DNA of 64,000 bases from Terriglobia bacterium (GTDB lineage Bacteria; Acidobacteriota; Terriglobia; Acidiferrales; UBA7541), in NCBI GenBank assembly GCA_963695545.1, contig OY968796.1:2048001-2112000 (forward strand), given 5' to 3'. The notes below the pieces were generated by a model. It was not told where the DNA came from and searched no databases. It saw only the letters and a program-made list of their open reading frames with translations. A program made the position numbers and the translations under genes. The number at the start of each line of letters is the position of its first letter. Positions within the stretch are counted from its first letter, which is position 1. Below are positions 1 to 9,087 of the stretch, in pieces.

Positions 1-377
1 GCGTCGTAGTAGCGAGCGACTTCGCCGGGATGGGTGCGCGGGTAGCGGGCGGCGACGTCGGCGAACTTGCGTTCCGCGTCGGTGTCGCGGGTTTTTTCGT
101 CGCCGTAGGTGAGTTCGCCGGGCGTGGCGGGCTCGCTCGGTGTGGCGATGGGCGCTTCGTAAGTCTTGAGAGCGTCGCCGAGGCTGGCTTCGGCTTTCAC
201 GGTCTGCCGCTGCGTATAGAATCGCCAGCCGAAGATGCCCAGCGCGATGAGCAGCACGATGCTGCCGACGGTCCAGGCGGTTTTCTGGTGAGTGGCCACG
301 GCTTCGGCGCCGTGGACGATGCCGTCGCGGAATTCGTCTCGCTTCAATTCTTTGCGCGAAATGTAGTGCTGTGGCAC
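1..377 (-). CDS. Membrane-anchored TPR protein (YfgM-like), runs off window start
   Basis: Not in the ORF track. GTG at 377 with GAGGAG RBS; reads MPQHYISRKELKRDEFRDGIVHG...TAWTVGSIVLLIALGIFGWRFY (one TM), then a helical domain. Confidence 0.75.
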   Translation of the reverse strand, partial: MPQHYISRKELKRDEFRDGIVHGAEAVATHQKTAWTVGSIVLLIALGIFGWRFYTQRQTVKAEASLGDALKTYEAPIATPSEPATPGELTYGDEKTRDTDAERKFADVAARYPRTHPGEVARYYD

Positions 378-762
378 GAACCGCTCCTCAATTGTTAAGT
401 CCGGCCGTCATCGTATCATACCGGGCAGGCGAGTGCCGGAACGCGACGATTCCATGCGGATTGGCTGTTTTCTAGTGATCGGATACTGATGGCCGAGACA
501 GGGTATATATACCCCCGTACCAAAAACGTAAAATGATGATTGCAAAAGGTTTGCAGGGAAAGAGTGCGGATGAGTGTGAAAATAAATGTTTTGATATTGC
601 GTTGTTTCAATGAGATGCGCACTCTTTTGTAATTGATTGAAAACAAATGGTTTGGAAGGGCGATTCGATGCAGGGAATTGCAGTTTTTGCGGAGGGATCC
701 TTCGAGTCGCCCGACGCGCGGCTCGCCTGCCACGGCGGGCAGGCTCAGGACTCGAATGGTTG

Positions 763-788
763 GAAGCAATGCGCTCCGCGCAGACCGG
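763..788 (+). repeat. Single copy of the 27-bp repeat GAAGCAATGCGCTCCGCGCAGACCGG
   Basis: Identical over 26 nt to the tandem units at 29644-29751 and to 20456-20481. Confidence 0.9.
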
Positions 789-943
789 CGCCGGATGCTC
801 AAGTCGTGGAGATTGCGACAAAGCGCCCTTCGCGGCGCGTTCTGCGGAGGCGATCGGAGCAGACGGGAACAGGTAGCGCGGGCGAGCGGCGTGCGTTGCC
901 CGCAGTTTTGGCGGCGCAGGTGTGCGTTTCGAGGTCACACCCA

Positions 944-973
944 AGGTTAGCACGAACAATACTATGCTGTCAA
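944..973 (-). promoter_or_regulatory. Sigma70-type promoter TTGACA-N18-TAACCT with extended -10 TG
   Basis: Perfect -35 (968-973) and TGnTAACCT; conserved in the second copy at 51828-51857. Confidence 0.65.
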
Positions 974-1091
974 CATATATCTATGGGGTATTCGAATAGG
1001 GCATTCGAATGGAACGGATGGAATGGACCCACGCTTCGCTCGAGTATGATCCGACGGGAGTCGAACGCAGGTCAGGGCCCGCTCTGAGCAA

Positions 1092-1475
1092 TCACCAATC
1101 GAGGCGACGGAGTCCGGAGACGAGATCGAAGTGCTTGTCTCGGCTGAGGAGAGGCAGCGAATGCTGGCGGCAGGCCGCAGCGATCCACAGATCATTGGAG
1201 GGAATCGGCTTGCCTTTCTTTTTCAGGTCCAGGGCGATGGCCGCGTAGGAGTGCGTGGTTTCTTCGTCGATCTCGAGCACGTCCACTGCGGAGATCCATT
1301 CGCGGAGCCAATCCTGGTAAAGCGCGCGGTGGCGGGACTGGGCGATTCCGAGGCGGTATTCGCCCAAGACAATCACGGGAACGGCCAGGCGGCCGGCGCG
1401 CTCGGCGACGTCCATTGCGGACGCTTGGCCGTCGGCAATCGCGGACAGCGCGTTGGTGTCCAAAATCAACGCCAC
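1092..1475 (-). CDS. vapC: PIN-domain toxin, VapC family
   Basis: LILDTN start, conserved E, NDLWIAA and LLSRDKHF PIN motifs; 127 aa; overlaps the upstream small gene. Confidence 0.93.
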   Translation of the reverse strand: MALILDTNALSAIADGQASAMDVAERAGRLAVPVIVLGEYRLGIAQSRHRALYQDWLREWISAVDVLEIDEETTHSYAAIALDLKKKGKPIPSNDLWIAAACRQHSLPLLSRDKHFDLVSGLRRLDW

Positions 1476-1711
1476 ATCTCCGGATCGATTTTCTCGGAAT
1501 CCTGATCGATCAGGCGGTTGATGCGGACAGTCTCCTTATGCAAACGTTTCAGTTTGCCCATAAGCTTCACCCAGGGTTTTCCGCCGGTGTTGGGCGCCAG
1601 TTTATCCTTCACCGCTTCGGTTACAAATTCACGGAGTGGAATCCCCCGTGAGGCCGCCGCCGATTTTGCGCGTCGAAAGACAGGATCGGGAATTTCCAAT
1701 GTGGTCTTCAT
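1466..1711 (-). CDS. vapB: Ribbon-helix-helix antitoxin, VapB-like
   Basis: MKTTLEIPDPVFRRAKSAAASRGIPLREFVTEAV RHH pattern; 81 aa; directly upstream of vapC. Confidence 0.85.
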   Translation of the reverse strand: MKTTLEIPDPVFRRAKSAAASRGIPLREFVTEAVKDKLAPNTGGKPWVKLMGKLKRLHKETVRINRLIDQDSEKIDPEMWR

Positions 1712-1781
1712 GAGGCTATCCTCCCATATTTATGGGAGGGCGTCAACCGGCACGCAGCCTTGGACACGGAAAAGGGGCGCG

Positions 1782-1854
1782 AAAAAAGGCGACGGAGAGG
1801 TCCCGCCTCCTCGGTCCCGCTTTCGCCACGTCGGTGGCGGGCAGGCGGGATGAC
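1782..1854 (-). repeat. GTCATCCCG-type REP-like palindrome
   Basis: Minus strand GTCATCCCG...GGGACCTCTCCGTCGCCTT; the last 19 nt are identical to 51737-51755. Confidence 0.75.
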
Positions 1855-2039
1855 GACGTGCGAGGGCAGAGTCGAGACGGGTAAGGCGTCGTGTCACACG
1901 AACGCGCGCGACGAATGCCTCGTGCCTGGACGACGGCGGGAAGCCTTCGTCTCTCACGCTCATGTGCCTCGAGCGTCTTGGGACACGACGGAGTGGCGGC
2001 GGGGCGTTAGCGGCGATTGCGGTGAGAAACGGCGAGGAT

Positions 2040-2062
2040 GGAAGCCTGAAGGCCTCCGCTAC
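2040..2062 (-). repeat. GTAG-tagged REP-like palindrome
   Basis: GTAGCGGAGGCCTTCAGGCTTCC; the same GTAGCGGAGGCC head occurs at 52700. Confidence 0.7.
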
Positions 2063-2082
2063 AGGCGCTCGGAGTGCGTTGC

Positions 2083-2128
2083 GGCGACAGAGAGGACACT
2101 CCCTCCTACGGCGGGCGGTCGGGACGAC
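2083..2128 (-). repeat. Degenerate GTC(A/G)TCCCG-type REP copy
   Basis: GTCGTCCCGA...CCTCTCTGTCGCC, with the same ends as 51314-51358. Confidence 0.6.
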
Positions 2129-2178
2129 AGCGCGGGGAATTGGCGAGTGGCTGGCCCTGATTGCGGGCGCGTGTGCAG

Positions 2179-2216
2179 AAAAAAAACCTTCCGGGCGGGA
2201 TGCCGCCCGGAAGGTT
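2179..2216 (-). terminator. Rho-independent terminator of the TonB receptor gene
   Basis: 14-bp perfect stem AACCTTCCGGGCGG/CCGCCCGGAAGGTT with 4-nt loop, then a T run on the minus strand, ~15 nt after the stop. Confidence 0.9.
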
Positions 2217-2230
2217 GGTTTGGCGTTCGG

Positions 2231-5200
2231 TTAAAAGTTGAAGCGGAAGGTCATCTGTCCGATTCGTGGATCGTTGGCTTGGCCGGCTGAGATAGGGATG
2301 TTGCCAAACTGAACGTTGCCCGGCGTGGTGCTGCCGTAGGCAAAGTGGGGAGTATTGAAAACGTTGAAGAACTCCATACGAAACTCGAAGTTGTAGCGCT
2401 CTCGGATTTCGAACTTCTTGAAGACCGAGAAATCGAAGAGCGGAGTCTCCGGTTCGCGGATGTCCATGTAGGGGAGAATGGTGTTCGGAGTAAACGGAGA
2501 CTGTGCCTGGAATGCAGGTGTTCCCGTGCCGCCGCAAGCTGTGGCCAGCGTGCCGTTGGGGGCGGTTGACGATGGGGCGGTCAGGTAGCAAGGATTCCAG
2601 TAGCTACTCAGCGTTGGATTGGCGACGGCCGGATTGGCCAGCGGATTCCAACCGAGGCCGTTGTCACTGTTCTGACCAGGAGTAACCACGCCAGTGGAAC
2701 TGCCCGGATTCGGGATCAGCAGTCCGTTCTGCCAGCGCATCACGCCGTTGACCTGCCAGCCGCCAAGGGCAGCGCGTTCCCATCCGTTAAAACTACCGGG
2801 CACGGGAACCGCGTAGGTGACCACCAAATTGAAAATGTGATTCGGCTGTTGGTCCTGGTAGCGCGTGAGTTGGTCAAAAGTGTTATAGGGGTTTATGTAC
2901 CAGTTCTTGTCCATGATTTTGGCAAACGTGAAGTTGGCATTCACGCTGAGGCCATGGGACAAGCGCTGGATAACCGTTGTCTGGAGGGAGTTGTAGGAGC
3001 TCTGGCCGACGGGAACGTCATTCTCCTGGACAGTTCCGAATTCAGGATAAGGAAGAAGCAGTTCCCAGTAAGGAATCGTGGCTCCGTTTATACTGCCGCC
3101 GGGCACGAGCCCTGCCATGGGATTTGTCACCGAAGCCGTCAGCTTGGCGGTGTTCGCGGCGCTGGTCGCGTTGTACGTGGCGCTGGTGGGATTGTAAAAT
3201 TGCGCGGGGAGCGCGTTGATATCCTTCGAAACCTGGAGGCGGCGAGCGGCGTTCGCCACATATCCGATTTCGAACACGGTATTCGGCGCAATCTGGTACT
3301 GAAGGCTCAAGGAGCCGGCGTATCCGTAAGGAACGGTGCGCAGCGGGTCCTCGAAAGTTACGTTTTGGCCCAGAAAAGTCTCAAGGCCGGCCGAACTGCC
3401 CGTAGGAGCGATAAACCCGTTTGGATACGGATTGGTGAATGAACCCGCGCCATTGGGTGCACCCGCGGGCGTCTCGCCGCCGTTGGTCGAAGCATTAAAC
3501 GAGGTGCTCGAACTGAAACCCGAAAGTAGCGCATTGTCGTCGATGGTCGGGATATACATGATGCCGACGCCACCGCGGAGAACCATTTTCGGAGTTACCT
3601 GAAGGGCCAGGCCAAAGCGTGGCTGCCAATCTCCAAAATCTTTCTTGAAGGGATAGCGGTTCGTGGCGCTGGCGAAGGTCAGGCCGCCTTCAACGGGCAG
3701 GCCATTCGGAAATTGGGTGGTCGAGACGAAGCTTGCCCCGATTGGATTCGAGCAATCGAGGCAAAAACCGTCGTTGATACTGTTTCCACGCGCCGTGAGG
3801 GGTTGTTCATAATCCCAGCGCAAGCCAAGATTCAGCGTAAGCTTGTGCGTGACGCGCCAGTCATCCTGCAGGAAAACACCATAGTAGAGCTGCTGGTAGG
3901 ACGGGAAAGCGGCGTTACTAGCGGCCGAGGCAGAGGACGGATAGCCCAGCAGAAACGATGCAATGGGATTGCCCTCGATCAGACCGTCGGAAGGATTCGG
4001 GGTGGAACCTGCTGCACCGGTGTAATTCTGCTCCGTGAACCCTTCGTTGAAGCTGAAGGTTCCGAGGTTCGACTCCGAGCTAATTACGCCGTAATTTAGG
4101 CTATCGAACTCGAAGCCGATCTTTAGCGTTTGCGTCGCCAGGCTTTTCGACAGAATCGCCGCTTCGGAGGACTCGACCGCGTCACTTTGCTGGCCACCTC
4201 CGCCGTTCTCCAAACCGACATAGTTGGAGTCAAAGCTGAGCCCCGGAAATGACGAGGCGGGCGCGGATGAGCCGACCATCGGCCCGGAAAAGCCCAAACT
4301 CGATAGGGGATAGGTGACGCCGGGATATTGAAGTGAGAACGGATGCTTGAGGAAACTCGCCCTGGTATCGAGAACAAGTGTGGGCGAAATCACGCTGACC
4401 CAATCGAGTTGAGCGCCCAAGTCGTTGCGGGTGTCGTAGTAACCGAAGCCGGGGCTGCCACCCGTGGGCGCGATTAGACCAGGAAACGGATTGGGAAGTT
4501 GCTGATCGCGATAGCTGCGGAAGAAAAGGACATTGAACTTTTCCTTGTCGTTGAGTATTTGGTCCACACGAGCAAGGAACGAGTAGTACTGGTCGTTGGT
4601 CGAGAGGGTTGGAGAGGTGAAGTTATTGGTCCCGCCGGTGGTGGTGGACGGGAAATACATCTGCAGAATCTTCTGCGCCACGGGGTTAATCATGCTGGTG
4701 GGGATAATATTTTCGTTGGTCGTGGTGCACACCGTTTGGCCGTCACAAATTTGGGTGCGATTCAATCCATTTGCACTCGACGTCGGATCGTAAATATCGT
4801 CCACGCCCTGGAAATTGCCGGCGATTTCGGCCTGCGTGGGTATGGTGTTCGTGGCTGGGTCAATCTGGTTGTTTGAGACCCGCTCGTAAGCGACGGTGAA
4901 GAAGGTCTTGTCATGTCCGTTGTAAAGTTTGGGTATCCAGACGGGGCCGTCAATGACGAAACCGGGCTGGTTCCAGTGGTTCACGCCGCGAGCAATCACG
5001 GCCCGGGAGGTCACACCTCCTGAGGTCACGGTGTGATCGTTGTTTTGGAATGAGTTCGCGTCAAAATCGGTATTCTGGAAAATGTAGTAGGCCGCGCCGT
5101 GGAATGTGTTCGTGCCGGTTTTGATGACCGTGTTGATTACGGCGCCGTCGGTGTGTCCGTACTGCGCGTCGTAGAGGGCGGTCTGCGTGGTCACTTCTTC

Positions 5201-5914
5201 GACCGCTTCCGGCGAAGGAACGAAATCGGTGTAGATGACGGCGGAATTGCGCTCCGGCGCATCGTCCGGGATTCCATCCAATTCGAGTCGATGTAGGTCA
5301 GAGATTCCGTTGATGACCATCTGCGAGGCAACACCACTGAAGGGCTGAGTGAACTGGCTGGCCGCGCGGTCCATGTAGGCGTTGGAATACGTGCCCGCTG
5401 ACAGATCGCCGTCGATAAACGGATTGCGACCAATGTTCGGCAGATCGGCAACTTGAGCTGCGTCGAGCGTCTGGCCGATGGCTGCCGTGCCGGGGGTCAG
5501 CAGCTGTCCTGTGGCTTGCACGGTGACCGTCTGCGACGCTGCCCCGACTACGAGTTGGAAGTCCACCCGCGCTTTGCCGCTGGCTTGGAGAACGATTCCA
5601 GTTTTCACCGCGGGTTTAAATCCCTGGTCGTCGACCTCGATTTTGTAGTTGCCAGGCACCAGGAATGGTATCGAATAGGTGCCGTCCTGATTGGTCGTGC
5701 CTGGGGTCACGACGTTGGTGTCGGTGCTCGTGACTTTGACATTCGCGCCGCTCACAAGCGCGCCGGCGGGATCGGTGACCGTGCCGGAAAGCGTGGCGAG
5801 GTATTCCTGAGCGGACAGACTCGGCGCATGAATCAGCAGAAGCGACGCACAAAGCGAAAACAGAACTGCCAAACCGCACGCGCGCGTGCGCGGACCTTTC
5901 AACATCGCAGTCAT
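2231..5914 (-). CDS. TonB-dependent receptor with carboxypeptidase-like regulatory N-domain (Oar-like)
   Basis: Signal peptide, GTVTDPAGA..GTYSIPFLVPGNY, KTGTNTFHG, QDDWRVTHKLTLNLGLRWDY, C-terminal FRFNF; AGGAGG RBS. Confidence 0.93.
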   Translation of the reverse strand: MTAMLKGPRTRACGLAVLFSLCASLLLIHAPSLSAQEYLATLSGTVTDPAGALVSGANVKVTSTDTNVVTPGTTNQDGTYSIPFLVPGNYKIEVDDQGFKPAVKTGIVLQASGKARVDFQLVVGAASQTVTVQATGQLLTPGTAAIGQTLDAAQVADLPNIGRNPFIDGDLSAGTYSNAYMDRAASQFTQPFSGVASQMVINGISDLHRLELDGIPDDAPERNSAVIYTDFVPSPEAVEEVTTQTALYDAQYGHTDGAVINTVIKTGTNTFHGAAYYIFQNTDFDANSFQNNDHTVTSGGVTSRAVIARGVNHWNQPGFVIDGPVWIPKLYNGHDKTFFTVAYERVSNNQIDPATNTIPTQAEIAGNFQGVDDIYDPTSSANGLNRTQICDGQTVCTTTNENIIPTSMINPVAQKILQMYFPSTTTGGTNNFTSPTLSTNDQYYSFLARVDQILNDKEKFNVLFFRSYRDQQLPNPFPGLIAPTGGSPGFGYYDTRNDLGAQLDWVSVISPTLVLDTRASFLKHPFSLQYPGVTYPLSSLGFSGPMVGSSAPASSFPGLSFDSNYVGLENGGGGQQSDAVESSEAAILSKSLATQTLKIGFEFDSLNYGVISSESNLGTFSFNEGFTEQNYTGAAGSTPNPSDGLIEGNPIASFLLGYPSSASAASNAAFPSYQQLYYGVFLQDDWRVTHKLTLNLGLRWDYEQPLTARGNSINDGFCLDCSNPIGASFVSTTQFPNGLPVEGGLTFASATNRYPFKKDFGDWQPRFGLALQVTPKMVLRGGVGIMYIPTIDDNALLSGFSSSTSFNASTNGGETPAGAPNGAGSFTNPYPNGFIAPTGSSAGLETFLGQNVTFEDPLRTVPYGYAGSLSLQYQIAPNTVFEIGYVANAARRLQVSKDINALPAQFYNPTSATYNATSAANTAKLTASVTNPMAGLVPGGSINGATIPYWELLLPYPEFGTVQENDVPVGQSSYNSLQTTVIQRLSHGLSVNANFTFAKIMDKNWYINPYNTFDQLTRYQDQQPNHIFNLVVTYAVPVPGSFNGWERAALGGWQVNGVMRWQNGLLIPNPGSSTGVVTPGQNSDNGLGWNPLANPAVANPTLSSYWNPCYLTAPSSTAPNGTLATACGGTGTPAFQAQSPFTPNTILPYMDIREPETPLFDFSVFKKFEIRERYNFEFRMEFFNVFNTPHFAYGSTTPGNVQFGNIPISAGQANDPRIGQMTFRFNF

Positions 5915-5985
5915 CGTGGACTCCTCCTAAGTAACTTCCGAACGCGATTGGGCAGACAGACCCCGTGCCACCCGATGGGGCGGCT

Positions 5986-6041
5986 GGTTAACACGGCGGC
6001 GAGTGGCGGCGGAAGTAGGTTAACGGTTAATTTACGGTTAA
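5986..6041. promoter_or_regulatory. Putative regulator boxes (GGTTAA x4; ACGGTTAA direct repeat, 11-bp spacing)
   Basis: GGTTAA at 5986, 6018, 6025 and 6036 in the divergent intergenic region between the receptor and the malectin regulator. Confidence 0.4.
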
Positions 6042-6277
6042 GAGCCCGGAGGCGCGGGCATGCGCAACACTAAGAACTCGTTAGAGATGAGGCAGTTAGG
6101 TTTATCCGTGACATTCGTCGCGGCGCGCCGAGGCGTATGCAACATCGAGCCCCAGCGGCGGATCACCCGAGTGAATATCGACGCGCGGAACCATTCCTGG
6201 AACCAATCCCGCCTCAGAATTGATGTATACTGCCGTTCAACAGCAGCGGTTGGGGCGACCTCTGCAGGCATCTTGGG

Positions 6278-7895
6278 GTGTGGTCCGTGGAATCCACAGT
6301 TACCAAATTTGAGGCCGAGCGCGCCGAACTCGATTCGCTCCTTGGTTCCGAGACATTCGGACGCATAAACAATCTGGCCAAAATTCTGAGCTTTGTCTGC
6401 GAGAAATACTTTCAGGGATCCACCGGCGAAGTCAAAGAGTACGACATCGCGGTTCATGCTTTGGGGCGCCCCAAAGATTTCGATCCTCAAATCGACGCGA
6501 TCGTGCGAGTGACGGCGCACGCTCTTCGCAAACGGTTGGAACAGTACTACCGCACGGAAGGTGCGGAGCACGCGGTACAGATCTACCTGCCCTCGGGCCA
6601 CTACATTCCCAAGTTTGTGCGCAGGCCAGAGCTGAAGACAGAAAAACTTCAGCTGGATTTAAAAGAGGATGTCGAGGCTCCGCCAGCTACTGAAGATTCC
6701 CTTGCGGCCGCGGGATTTTTGCAAAATGCGTCGGGTCGTGAACCGGCCGTTCTTGACCGCGAGGAAAGTAAACGTGAACTTGAGCCGGCCGTTTCTGCGC
6801 CGCGCGCCGTAGTTGGACGCCCGATCGAAACGTGGGCCATGATCGCCGTGGCGCTGGTATGTCTATGCGGGCTCGCCGCAGTCACGGTATACGTGCGCAT
6901 GCGCGCGCGCTCCAGAGAGGCCCAAGCGCAGTCGGATTCGCTGGTTTCGTTACCGGCTGCCAGCGCCCCCGCGGGCACCGTCCGCACTTTGATTGGAGAC
7001 GGCCGGGAGCCTTATGTGGATCGTGCCGGACAAACGTGGGGCAGCGATTCTTTTTGCACCGGCGGAAGCACCTTCAGTGCCCCAGCTCGACCGGTACTTG
7101 GGACATTCGATACTCAATTATTTCTCGGGGGACGCAGCGGGCTGTTCCACTGCGCCTTTCCGGTGCCCTCGGGGACCTACGAAGTGCATCTTCTGTTCGC
7201 CGAAACGACCAGCGTCGAAGAAACCGGCCGCACGGTCGATTACTCTCTGAACGGCGGGCCTACGAAGGGATTGGATGTGGTGGACGACGCCGGTGGCAAC
7301 GACACGGCAACCGAAAAAGTATTCACCAACGTTCAGCCGCAACAAGATGGCAAGATCCACCTCGATTTTACGTCCAATCAATCCTATCTGAATGCCATTG
7401 AAATTCTGCCCAGCGTTCCGGATCGAATGCTGCCGGTTAGAATTTATGCGGGAGAAACTCCTTACCGCGATTCCGAGGGCAATGTTTGGCTCCCCAACCG
7501 GGATTATTTCGGCGGGCGGGAGAGCCATTACGAGGTTGTGGATGCGGCCAGTCTTCCGGATGGCGGTCTATACGCGTCACAGTGGATCGGCCATTTCCGC
7601 TACGTGATCCCGGTTGCGGCGGGGGAGAAATACACGGTGAAGCTTTATTTTTCGGGAATCTTATTTCGGCGGCCAGGACGGCGGAGGCGGCGTGGTGGGC
7701 AGCCGGGTTTTCGACGTGTGGTGCAACGGTAGCGTGGTGTTGAAAAATTTCGATATCCTGAAAGAGGCGGGCTCCGCGCCGCTGACAAAGACCTTCGCCC
7801 ACGTCGAACCCACGGGTCAGGACAAGATCGAGATCTACTTCGTGCCTGTGGTCAATTATCCCTCGCTGAATGCCATCGAAGTGACTGCGGAATAG
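6278..7895 (+). pseudogene. Membrane-spanning regulator (putative HTH, TM, two malectin domains), split by a +1 frameshift
   Basis: N-terminal VKEYDIAVHALGRPKDFDPQIDAIVRVTAHALRKRL; TM; YEVHLLFAE and YTVKLYFS malectin motifs. Removing one G at 7654-7656 gives KLYFSESYFGG...SRVFDVWCNG...LNAIEV, joining ORFs 6278-7732 and 7692-7895. Could be a sequencing error. Confidence 0.8.
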
Positions 7896-8074
7896 ATTGG
7901 CGCGCGCCGCCGGGCGACTGGGAATTCGGTTCGTAGCGCGCGTCTGGTCCAACTCTAACGGCTCGCCCGATTCATCCGATGGCGGGAGTAAATGCGCGGG
8001 AGAGGACGCTTAGCGCGCACCCGGGCCTGCGGGTGAAAATTGCCGCACAGGCCCGGAAAACCTCGATCGGCGGG

Positions 8075-8281
8075 TTAGACTGCGGTGACGTTCTCGGCCT
8101 GGAAACCCTTGGGCCCCTGGCGGACTTCAAATTCGACCAGTTGTCCTTCGTTCAGGGTCTTGTAGCCGTCCATCTGGATCGCGGAGAAGTGCACGAAGAC
8201 ATCTTCGCCCGACTGGCGCTGAATGAATCCGTACCCTTTGGAAGCGTTAAACCACTTCACCACACCTTGTTCTCTGGCCAA
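8075..8281 (-). CDS. Cold-shock protein (CspA family)
   Basis: TTG start; [25 protein letters not shown] motifs; 68 aa. Confidence 0.96.
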   Translation of the reverse strand: MAREQGVVKWFNASKGYGFIQRQSGEDVFVHFSAIQMDGYKTLNEGQLVEFEVRQGPKGFQAENVTAV

Positions 8282-8530
8282 CTTCCTGACTCCCTTCGAT
8301 CTGAGATGTTCCCACTTGACGGGATGTAACGCCTGTCGGTAGCAAGACCAAGCCCGCCTAAATGACGCCCCAAGCACGGCCCCGTTCACCAAACGGGATT
8401 ACAAAACCCCCCAATGCCGCGATACTCTAGATAAAAAGTGAAAGTTTGTCCAGCGGATACGGAGCCTTCGGAGTTCACGATGTGGGACGCGACGAAAGGC
8501 AGTCGCGCGGCGCGTGGGCGCGGGTGGCGG

Positions 8531-8986
8531 CTATTTCCCGGTCTTGCCGCCGGCGTTATTCGAGGCCGGAATTCGCTTGGACATCACGAGTTCCGCGCCC
8601 CCCGAGCGCCCTCGGCGCACCTCGAATTCGTCCATGAACGTGCGCATCAGGAAAATTCCGCGCCCGGAGGTTTTCAGCAGGTTTTCGTCGGTGAGCGGAT
8701 CGGGTACGCTTGAGAGATCGAAGCCGGTGCCCTGATCGAGAACGTGGATCACCAGCTTTTCGGGGCTGCGCACGAACGTCAAATGCACTTTTTTCGCGCG
8801 CTCGAGGCCGTTGCCGTAGTTGACCGCGTTGATCACGCCTTCGCGCACGGCCATGCTGATTTTGTAGCGCTCGCCGTCGTCGAAGCCGGCGGCCTCGGTG
8901 ATGCGCATGCAGATCTCTTCGGCCAGGGAAACGCTGTCGATTAACGATTCGAGCGTCACTTCGACGTGTTGAAGGTCCGAGGGCAT
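8531..8986 (-). CDS. Anti-sigma factor / Ser kinase, RsbW-like (HATPase_c_2)
   Basis: EGVINAVNYG N-box, DQGTGFD, SGRGIFLMRTFMDE; ATG at 8986. Confidence 0.9.
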   Translation of the reverse strand: MPSDLQHVEVTLESLIDSVSLAEEICMRITEAAGFDDGERYKISMAVREGVINAVNYGNGLERAKKVHLTFVRSPEKLVIHVLDQGTGFDLSSVPDPLTDENLLKTSGRGIFLMRTFMDEFEVRRGRSGGAELVMSKRIPASNNAGGKTGK

Positions 8987-9087
8987 GGGCGCCGCTCCGG
9001 GAGGCCGGGCGCGTATCCGTAGCACAGCCGAATGAGGCGAGTCAATACGGGAAGATACGGGTAAGATCGGCCAAGCCGGGACCAGCG

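Larger units (their letters stand above)
501..1001 (-). repeat. Dispersed promoter + AT-rich box element, copy 1
   Basis: 944-1001 matches 51800-51857 at 46/58 nt (hand alignment); ~22-bp boxes at 529-552, 570-591 and 630-652; ends in GGGGGTATATATACCC. Confidence 0.8.

Noticed and set aside
408..959. 183-aa ORF as a real protein
   Set aside because: Low-complexity sequence built from repeat DNA; kept only as a possible leaderless product of the element.
7640..7660. Programmed ribosomal frameshift
   Set aside because: No canonical slippery heptamer or stimulator; a simple indel explains it.
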